Below, one piece after another: positions 53,722 through 63,995 of a stretch of DNA of 63,995 nucleotides. The notes under the pieces are model-generated. The model searched no databases. It was given only the letters and a program-made list of their open reading frames with translations, and was not told the origin of the DNA. Source of the DNA: Paraspadella gotoi (taxonomy: Eukaryota; Animalia; Chaetognatha); NCBI GenBank assembly GCA_051294375.1, contig CM119270.1, positions 18,139,715 through 18,203,709 on the forward strand, given 5' to 3'. How positions within the stretch are numbered: the first letter of the stretch is position 1; the number at the start of each line of letters is the position of its first letter. The translations under genes and the position numbers were made by a program.

Positions 53722-55640
53722 TGAACCGCGCAGTAAAATCTCAACGACTGAGTTAAAGAGACTCTTGGACCAACGACTCGAAAGGATGAGTTTGAAGAAT
53801 GAAGATGAGAATGAGAAAATGAGAATGAAATTAAGAATGAAGATGAACGAGATGAAACATTGAAAACGAGGAAAAAGTTGATTTCAAAATATTTTTAAAA
53901 TGAGAAAGGTAAAAAAGATGATAATAAAAAAAAAAGATACAAAATGTTGACTGAAAAAAATAGATAAAATAAAATATCGCCGGTCAAAAAGTCCAAAAAT
54001 CGTCCAAAGTTTAAAAATCTCGACGCTAGAGGGCGACGGACGAAAAAGAAACTTGAGGTCAGGGATCAAGTAGAGAAGGTCACAGGTGGGCGAAGAAAAA
54101 GGGGTCGAGAAGGGACATCCGTTGACCCCTGTTGAAAGAAGGACACTTTTTTTTGTTTTATTTTTTTCGAGATCCCATTCACTGTTTTGTCGTTTCTGTT
54201 TTGGTTTGTTTTTTATTTTTTTTTTGTGTTTTTTTTTCAAAATGGTCAAAATCAGTACGAGATAATATGGCCTTCACCACTGTAGTAACGATGCGGCGTC
54301 TCAGGTTCAATCCCCTGGCCTGTCCCAGTCTGTTGGATATAATCGTGAACCGGTTCTAAAATGACGCCAAGTACTTGGTGAGTGAATAAACGGGACTGTG
54401 AGAGGAGTCTGATTGAAAGCTTGCGCAGGGACCTGACTATGTATATTATCTTGTAAGAGTGATGGGAGCCTTAACCACTAAAGCCAGTCCAAAGTCAGGG
54501 ACAAGATAAGCCTTATTTATTAAATGAATGGATAATTTTATATGGTTACCAATTTCATGAAAATTCCAGCTCCTTGTATTTTTGATGTAGTGTGCGGAGT
54601 ACAAATTAAGTATTCCCCGATCTAATACTACAATTGAAACATCTTTGAAGATATTTCCACTTCATTGATAGGGAAGGCCAGGTACTTCGGAGTGTAATAA
54701 CAACGGGACTTAGGAGAGAGTAATTGATTGCAAGGCTTGCAGGTGACTGCTATGTAAATATCTTCTGTAAGAGTGATGGAAGGCCTTCAAACACCAAAGC
54801 CTGTCCAAAGTCAGGGCCAAGATAGCTTATTTATTAACATGAATGGATAATTTTTATATGGTTGTACCCAATTTATTGACAATGGCATTCACTGAGATCG
54901 TCACGGATCACTAGAGATCGAGGCACCACGACTGTTGGCGAGTTACCCCCTGCCCTGGGGTATCACAGCAATCTCATACAAATACGCTTTCGAAAGAGAT
55001 TTCATTTATCGTGCATATATACTAGATTTGAATAATGTTTACTAAACAAATACGCTTTCGAAAAGTTATTTCAATTTATCGTGCATAATACTAAATTTCA
55101 ACTATGTCTAAACAAATACGCTTCGAAGAGTATTCATTTATCGTGCATAACACTAGATTTAACTAAATGTTACTGAACAATACGCTTTCGAAAGGAGTAT
55201 TTCATTTATGTGTAATACTAGATTTAATATGTTATGACCAATTACGCTTTCAAAGAGTTATTCATTTATCGTGCACTAATATTTAGATTTACCTAGATTG
55301 TTACTGAAACCGGCAACCTGATCTTTCCGATCATATTTCTGTTTACCGGGATTTTGGTGGTATAAGAAAAAATAATTAATATTGTGACGACAACTGGATA
55401 AAAAATTGACGCGAAGAAGAAAAAAGCGGCAAAGGAATTCCTATCCATGCCATCATGCAGTAGTACCGGATCGCTACAGTGACATTTACAGTGCCATGCC
55501 GTGCTAAGCAGTGCCATGCACTTATGCTTCTAAATTTCTTTTTTCCAAACAGCCATCGCAAAGTCTACCGCATCTCCTTTCAATTCCGTGACTATGTTTC
55601 TCTATTTCCATCAGCCTTGCCCAATGCGCCTCTCGCCAGC
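53560..55640 (+). repeat. Direct duplicate of ~47955-50100
   Basis: Colinear from CGTAA(A)CGAGAAACGGGTCCCGCG to GTGACTATG(G)TTTCTCT; differences are mostly 1-bp indels. Confidence 0.9.
54975..55305. repeat. ~65-bp AT-rich tandem repeat (AAATACGCTTTCGAAAAGAGTATTTCATTTATCGTGCATAATACTAGATTT...), about 5 units
   Basis: TACGCTTTCGAA and TTCATTTATC recur periodically; a noisier copy lies at ~49360-49700. Confidence 0.85.
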
Positions 55641-55859
55641 CATCTCCTCTCTTCCTCCTTAGGGCGCCGGCGGAACATAAATGTCATAAAATACAAAAAA
55701 AAATATCCATTTTATAAAATAAGCTATTGCCTGAAACTCGGAACCAGGGCGCCTCTTTTGTCTTTACACTCCATCACGTACAAGATTTACAAGGGTCCTC
55801 AGCTCCAATCAATACTCTGCCCAGCGTCCCGTTTGAGTTCATCCCCAGACCGCCTATAA

Positions 55860-58800
55860 GTACCTGGGCAGCTTCTATCCAATGAACGTGGAAAATTTCC
55901 AAGATGTGTCCAAATTTGTAGTATTCAGATCGGGATACTTATTGTCTCCGCCACGTAGGCATCAAAAATAGCAAGAGCGATTATATGAAATTTAACACCA
56001 ACTTATAAAAACATCCATTCATTAATAAATAAGCTAATCTTGTCCCTTGACTTTGGACGCGCTTTAGTGGTTAAGGCCTCCATTCACTCGTACCAGATAT
56101 TACAGAGCACCGGTCCCTGCAAGCTTCGAACTCAACGACTCCTCTCAATACTCATAGACTCCCGTATCACCCAGTAGACCTTGGCTCATTCTTAGAACCG
56201 GTCACGGATTATATCCCAGAAACTGGGGACACCCAGGGATGAACCTGAACGCATCAGTTACTTACAGTGGCGCGAGGCCTTTATCCTCGTACGTCTGGAT
56301 TTTTGACATGAAAAAATACACAAAAAAAACAAACAAAAGCCAAAAACAAGAAACGACAAACATGAATGGATTTCTCGAAAACAAAAAATTACAAAACAAA
56401 CAAAAAAGTGTGTCCTTCTTCTCAAAGGGTCATACTCCGGAGATTCCTTCTCGGACCTCCGCTTTCTTCTTCGCCCACCCTGTACCTTTCTTCGCTACTG
56501 ATTCCCCTGACCTCTAAGTTTCTTTTTTCTCCGTACGCGTTAACACCTAATCTTACACCGCTCGAGATTTCTCTAACAACTTTGGGACTGATTTTCTGGG
56601 ACTCTGACCTCTGGCGAGCTAATGTTTTATTTTATCTATTTATCTTTCTCATGTTCAACATTTTGATTTTTTATTTTTCCATCATTATCATGCATTTCCA
56701 TTACCTGTTTCTCATTTTCAAAAATATTTTTGAAATCACTCTTTTCCTCCGGTTGATCTGCACCATGGTTTCATCTCGTTTCATCTTCATTATTAACTCT
56801 CATCATTCTCATCTTCTCATACTCACTCTATCATTCTTTCACTACATCCGTTTCAGTCGTCGTTGGTTCCAAGGTCTCTTTACACTCAGTCGTTAGAGAT
56901 ATTTTACTGCGTCGCGTCGGTCTTCTCGTCGTCCGTTGCTGTCGTCATCGTCGTCGTCGTCTCCGTCCTCATGTTTGTTTGTTGGTTGTCATTCTCTTCT
57001 AACATAAAAATCCTTCTTTTTCGCTCGAAATGATGAATCCCGGTTGAGTACGCGGGACCCGTTTCTCGCTTTACGAGATTGAGAGAGAGAGCAGAACGAC
57101 TAGGATAGCCGCCCTCACGGAGATCGCACGTAAACGCTTAATAGTACCAAGCGCAATAGCTGGTCGGAGAGAGAGAGAGAGAGAGAGAGAGAGACGGAGA
57201 GAGAGAGAGAGATCGAGCAAAACGAGAGAGAGCTTTTTTTACGCCCAGCGACCCAAAGCCAGAATACGGAGAGAGAGTGTTGAAAATCGAGTAGAATTGC
57301 GAAGCAGTGATAAGCCTGCAGGGCAGAAACTAAAGTCAGTAGAAGGAAATGTGTAGGGAAATGGAGCTAGAGGAAAAGAGAGAGACGAGAAGAAAATGGC
57401 AGTCGAAATGTGCAGAAGAGAAAGAGAGAGGGATCTCGACGTGAGGAGTGAGACGAGTGAGAGAATGAGTGATAGTTGAACTGTTATATGTCTCTTTTTT
57501 ATATTCTATTGACCCAGACCGGAGCCTCGGCTCCAATCGAAATAAAATAAGGAGCCGCACACCCGGTTTCTGAAACTCAATGCGAACCGGGGATGCAAAC
57601 GTCCAAGTCGTCGCTTAAACGAAGCTCTTAAGCGTTGTAAAGCTGGATCGTTTGCTTGCAATAATTGCCTTTTTTCTATTGCTTCTTTGATACTTTACAA
57701 AACGCTTCCATGGGGAAACGTACGATTATCGAATATTTGAACAAAAAAAAAAAACGATCTAGCTAATAAAATGCTGGTTTTTTTTCCTTGATAAAAATTA
57801 AAAAAAGATAATAAAAACTTAGCTCTCGATAAGAAATTGATTCCTCATAACATCTTTTCCGTCGGAAGAAGGATTATTTCCCTTAAATCCTTTAGTATTT
57901 TCGTTAATATTTCTTTAATATTCTTTAATATTTCCTCCACATTTATTTCCCGCGTCCGCCTCAGACGAGGAGTCCATTACAAACGGACTCTTTCCGGATC
58001 GACTGCCAATTCTCTCTTCATCTCTCCAAGCCGCGAAATTTCTTAAGTTCGCCGGAAATCTCATTCGCCGGGAATCTCATTCGACCCGGAAAAGTCGATC
58101 CGAGAAGAGAAGCGCGCGTGCCAAGCGACATGCTGATAACAGAATCGTGGACGACAGCGTTGGCGACGAAGAGACGTCGCACGACCCGGTGGCCTCATTC
58201 GATGCGCATAATCGGACAGAGAATTTCTGATGCCTCCACCACGTATTGATGCGAATCGACAGAGACCATGATGGACTATTGATTGACAGTATTGACTGTA
58301 AAATTATGGCCGCGGGTGAAACTAAACCGAGTTTCAGGTACAACATAGCACTAAGCCCTGTGATCCCAGCGTAGTTCTATATTTTATTACAAAGAAAATA
58401 AAATAAACAAGAGTTAAGCAAAAATGGACCAGCCTCCCTCTCCACTCTTCTCTCCTCTTCTCTCTCTCCATCTTCTTCACTTTCTCATTATCATCTAATA
58501 TACAACGCAATGTAGGTTAATTTACGAAATTGGAAATATACCATCCCGCGTCCATATCGAAAAGACTAAATCATCTGCAATCCATATGTAAATGAATTTA
58601 AATTCATCCTATCAATGGAATTTAATCATCCCCAACATTCAAGAGATGATACATGGTAGCTCAATCATCGGCAACCAAGTCAGCTGATTACTCTATGGCC
58701 AACAATCGTGCAAGGATTAAATTAAAATAATACGAGCATATCAAATGATGTGGGTATATATTCCGATCCCCGAAAGCCCTCCAAAATATTTGGATCAGTC

Positions 58801-61800
58801 CGCTGCGCCTAAATCTGCCTCTTGAAATCCATGAGGAAATTTACCGTCTTTTCTCTACATCAGAAAATGACAGGCATCCTTATGCTTTAAGATTGTTATA
58901 ATACAGGTTAGCTTTTGCAATAGGGGAAATGATTTAACGACGTGGGATAATTATCCGCTGTAAATTCCTCGAGAGCTCCTCACTCTTATAGTCCGTGACT
59001 TATTGCTGTTCGACACAAATATTAAGAATAACTTCGATTCAATAACCAGACGGGCGTCGGCCCGATCTAGACGAGAAATTTAATAGAAATTGATCGTGCC
59101 AAAACAAGACCACCAATAATTAATCGTTGCTCTTTTTTAAAAAAAAAATACCACCAGAAAAATAATAAAAGAAAATAGAAAAAATAAGGAATTACAAATA
59201 CAGACATCAGTATTAGGGAAAGAGCGAATCTTAGTCACACTTAAGCGTGAGGATCATTAAGTTCTTGTTACGAGGAAAGTCCACATATCCGGCAAAAATT
59301 TATAAGTTGAACTGCAATCAATGTTGAGAGTCATATTTTATCATACTCTCTTCTTATACATTCTGATGACACCAGTGGGTAGTATAAAGACAACAGAATT
59401 GGCGATTATCTCGGAGTGAACTCAAACAACGAATTCTTCTTGTCTTGACCTAAGGCGAAAATTGACTTCTTGACGTACGTCGTCTATCTCGATCTTCTCT
59501 CCTGGACCGTTCTACGGCGTATTTTCGAAATAACTGCTATTAAAAATATTGTTTGTCATAGGGAGGTTGAAAATTTAGATGATGGGGCTTCTAATCATCA
59601 ATCATCGTATTTGTTTGTTTGTTTTATTTACAAACAATATAAACGCTTTATATCTACATTATTATATGTCTCTCTCTCTTAATTTCTTTCTTTTTTCATG
59701 GCTCATTATTTGCTCAGGTGTCTGTACTCTTCCTTTTATGTATCCGTCACTGCTTCTTCTGATGTTTTTCTTAAAAAACGAGTTTCCGGTCTCGTTAGCA
59801 GTCGTTCATGTTATCCTAGCCTCTTTTTTTCTCATCGTCTCTCTTCTCTCTCATCTTTATCATATCTAATAAAAAATATCTCTCACTTTTGAATGTATTC
59901 CTCAGCAGTGGGCATCGCTGCTTATTGAGAACGGCGAACGTGCAGAATCACCTTAATCTGAGGGTCGAGAGAGCAGAACTCTCCGCCTCAATCCTCGCAC
60001 CTCCGGCCCACACTTATGTTAACACTGACATCGGAATATTAAAACGAGTACGGGACTCCAGCTCCTCCATCTCTCTAATCCTATACTAAGTCGACTCCTC
60101 TCGATGGTTCCTAATGCCTCCGGGGCTGAACGCGCGGCCAAGAACGTCATTTGAGACAGGAAGGGCTTCCAGTCGGCCGTTCGGGCGTCTACTCAGCCAA
60201 TTTTTTTCATCCCCTTTCCCCTCGTGCTCGTTTCCTCGTCTCTTTTTGGAGCGCCCCATTTCATCTCAGCGCGCAGACCTTAGATTCCCCAGCAAACCCT
60301 CATTTTATCGTTTTCTCCCACTTCCTTTGGTGGAATCTCTTTCTTTTCTTTCTATCCTCTCGCTCCTCTCTCCTATCTGGCGATATGACAACCTCTCTAA
60401 CACTTGACTCCTATGATCTCTCCTCTCTTTATCCTGCACTCACATCTACTTTGCATGCTCTTCCTTAACCTCTCTCCTCTCCCCTCTCCACGTTTCTTGA
60501 TCTCACCCTTCTTTCATTGAACCCTCTCTCCCTCTCTCTACTCTCTCTTCTCTTTTAACCCCCTCCTATACTCCCACCTCGTCTTCTCCCAGTTCTGCTC
60601 CCCTCCCTTTTTCCTCCTTCCTCTCCTTCTCCCTTCCTCTTCCCCTTCTTCCTCCCTCTCCCTCTCACCCACCCCTTCCTCCTCCATCGTTCTCCCCCTT
60701 CCTCCTTCTCGCCCTCTCTACGCTTCCCTACTTCCTCCTCTCCTCCCTTCGCTCCCTTACCGCTCCCCCCTCGCCTCCTCCTCCCTTCCCTCTACCCTCC
60801 TTCCTCCTCCTCCCTCTCTCCACAGCCCACTTGCCTCCTCCTCCCTCTCGCCGCGCCATCTCCCCTCCCCCTTCCTCTCTCCGCTTCTCTCCTCCCTCCT
60901 ACCCTTCCTCCTCCCTCTCCTCTCTCACCTCTTCCTCCATATCTCCTCCCTCCACCTGCACCTTCTTCATCCTCCCCTTCCTCACTCCTACTCTCTCTCC
61001 CTCATCCCCCTTCCCCTCTCCAGTCTCCTTCCCCCCATTCCTCCTCTCCCTTCTCGCCTCTCGCTTCCTCCTCTCCCCTCCCCCCTTCTTCCTTCTTCCC
61101 TTCCCACTTTCCTCCCTTCTCTCCCTCTCCATTCGCTCTCCCTCCCCCTTCCTCCGTCTCTCCTCCCTCCATCCTCCTTTCCTCCCCTTCTCCTCTCCCC
61201 CTTCCTTCCTCCTCCCTCCTCCCTCCCCCTTCCTCCCTGTTCTGCCCTCTCCTCCCCCTCTACCCCCCCCGCGCGGCCTGGAATTTCTAAAACGGCACTG
61301 TGAGCGGGGACTTTTATACCGCCCGCGTCTGTCACCTCTTATGGAAGTCTACTCTGATGTATTCTTCTTTAACGCAAGCAAAAAGCGCGTTCTTCACTGC
61401 CCCCGAAGGAGAAAAAAGGCCTCTCTGAGGTGGGGGGAGTGGTGATTCCGCGCCGGTGGGGTGCGGTAGGTGAAGATGGTAAAGTGTTCAGGTGTCGGTG
61501 ATTCTCAAAGAAAGCGCTGGGGATTGAGTTTCTCGGGTTTTCTAAAGCTATTATTGCGCAAAAACAAACAAAAAGAAAACCTGATAAAAAGAGAAAATCA
61601 CTTTGTAATCAGATTCGCGGTTGAGTAAATAAATTTGTGCTGCGCCTTGGCGTCTCGTTGAAAAACCATCTAGCTTAATACGAAAAAGGACGATATTAAA
61701 TCCAAGAGAATTTTTTTTTTTTTTAACATTGAAAATGGAGCCACAGAATTTTTTTTTATCTGCCAGCGACAAAATAGCGAAGAGGAGCAGACGAACGGAT

Positions 61801-63995
61801 AATACGAAAATTGTTAAAATCCGTACGTGCGGATGTACAGTAAGGACAGGCTTTGAAAATGTACGTACAGTTGTTGGACATGGACGGAAACAGGGATCTA
61901 ATGTCGGTCACGATGTGTCATGAAACCTCAGAAACACATGTCATGAAGGGGAATGTCAGTTGGGGAAATTAAAAAATATATTTTGTGAGTTACTGGCATA
62001 AAGCTTAAAAAAAACTTAAAAAAAAACTTACAACCAAGAACTGGTGGATTCCAATGTGTTTGCGCGCAGTATTTCACTTTTCACGTCTATTTTTTTTGAT
62101 AACGATCGATATGAATGAATATGACCATTTTACATGGACATCAACTAAAAAAACTTTTTTTTGCTCCGTCTATGACATGTACCAGGGCATCAAAATTCCG
62201 TTCTGTTTATTTCTTTATATTTTTAGGAATCCTGAAGGCGGCCGCCTGCAGTCCTTATAGATTTGGAGCGGTCTTTTTCTGCCCGTTACAATGAGCAACC
62301 CAACTTTTAGGCAAAATAAATGAAGTTTTTAACGTAAGTGTGACAAGACTGACGGAACAAACATACCACCCGACAGACCGACTTATTAAAACTGACACGT
62401 TTAAAATATCTGCTCTGCGTGAAGTACTCGCGGCGAATAATGTGGGCCAGCGACGGCCGGATTATCATCAACGCAAAATCGTCAACATCGGTTTTGTTTG
62501 ACGAGTAAAGAGTATTTTTGTTCCTTTTGCAGAGTTGACGTCTTTTATTGGCTGAATCGATGTCACTCCCTATTTGACGAAGTCTTTACCCGATAAAATA
62601 TCTTCACGTGTTCGAATGTGATTACTTCTCGCATTATTGAGTTATTTTATTATTATTATTTTATGATTATATTATTATTATTATTATTATTAGTATATCT
62701 ATATTATTATTATTCATTATTTATTCATTATTATTATCATTATTTATTATTATTCATTATTATTATTTATTTATTTTATTATGGTTAGCCTTATGAGTTA
62801 TTTTCACGTTTTTAAGTTTCGTCGGCGAATATTTTAGCGCAAACAAATTGTGATCCCGATGAGCGCTCACAGTACTTGACGTCTTCTGTCGATAATTTCT
62901 TTCTAACGATATGTGTGGGCTATTGAAACAATTATTTGTTAATCCTATCTAGAAACATTTTCAATGCTAATTCTCACCATGAATATCAATCTATGACCGC
63001 ACTGTTCTTATTTGGCGTTTTATTATTGGTACAATCCGTACGAAACATTTACCAAAATTTTTGCATTCCACAGAAATTGCCTCTCATAAAACTATATCCA
63101 ACCTTATTTTCCAAAAACAATTAGATCATAGTAATACCAATGATTCGCTTCAATTTCTTCTGATTCTTACGACTATTAACTATAATTATAACTTAACTCG
63201 GTTCATTTACCAAAAAAATCCGGATAAGAAATGACCATTGTGACATGTAAATTCAATCGGTGTCGGGTTTGAGCCTTGCTCATACCGAGAGGAGAGAGAG
63301 AGAAGAAGAGAAGAGATTGAGAGAGACGAGAGACGAGAGAGAAGAAGAGAAGAGAGAGAGAGATCGGAAAGGGAAAAACACGCGGAAAATAGCACCGTCA
63401 ATTTGTACTTTAGACGGGGGCTCAAGCCGTTCTCCCCGCAAACCACCGTTTTGGATCACGCAAGATTGGTTGAAGAAAAGAGGAAGTTAAAAGAAACCGG
63501 CGGGAAGGTAGAGAAAAGTAGAATAAGTAGAAAAAAGTACAAAAGAATATGAGATGAGAGAGACCCGAGTGAGGCCAAGGGGCCCAAGAGAAAACCTATA
63601 GGAAACCTGAGGCAATGACTGCAAGGCGGAACTTTTCCATACTCATAATCTTGAGAAGGGACCGTCTCGAGGAAGCCAGACAGAGAGAGAGAAGAGAGAG
63701 AGAAAGAGAAGATGAGAGAAACGAGAGAGAAGAGAGCGAGATTGAATGCTGGAAAACATACGGAGTCGAATTAACGAACAATAAATAATTAGAAAAAGAT
63801 TGAGGAGGAAAAGCCGCGAATCCCTAAAAAACATTATATTCTCCGAACAAACAAGCAATGAAAAAGTAAAAATTTGTATTTTTTTTTTTTTGTTGCTGAG
63901 AAGATGGAGGGAAAGGAAGGAAAAAAATAAGGCTATGGAAAAGAGGAGAGAGAAAGCGAAGAGAGAGGACTGAGAAGAGAGAAAGAGAGAGAGAG
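55860..63995 (-). repeat. Large, error-rich inverted copy of ~40560-49050
   Basis: Anchor pairs include 63645-63685 vs 40960-41005, 62790-62940 vs 41730-41885, 61800-62360 vs 43010-43530, 57590-58310 vs 47190-47830 and 56180-57075 vs 47980-48745. The 43.7-45.35 kb block is missing from the inverted copy at the colinear position. Confidence 0.88.

Overview
Animal-like eukaryotic genomic DNA from a draft assembly. It is very rich in (AG)n, (GAC)n, (GAAT)n and (TTTC)n microsatellites and N-gaps, and has noisy duplications that look like long-read gap-filling; almost all ORF-track entries are low-complexity artefacts. One real protein-coding gene is visible, on the minus strand at 15065-19925, with three exons reconstructed by hand from GT-AG sites and matching phases (1431 aa). 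It encodes a signal peptide, a Toll-type multi-cysteine-cluster LRR ectodomain and one transmembrane helix. In place of a TIR domain it has an IRE1/RNase L-type pseudokinase and a KEN ribonuclease with an intact RNxxxH motif, followed by a probable ubiquitin-like tail. This suggests a cell-surface or endosomal 'Toll-RNase' receptor, an architecture I do not know from characterised proteins. Upstream lie a ~1.2 kb inverted-repeat element with a minimal hammerhead ribozyme in each arm (Penelope-like pseudo-LTR), a diverged second copy of exons 1-2 that is phase-compatible with the large exon, and a DINE-1/Helentron-like element. The rest is satellites, dispersed repeats and a large inverted duplication (~40.6-49 kb vs ~55.9-64 kb) that is probably an assembly artefact.
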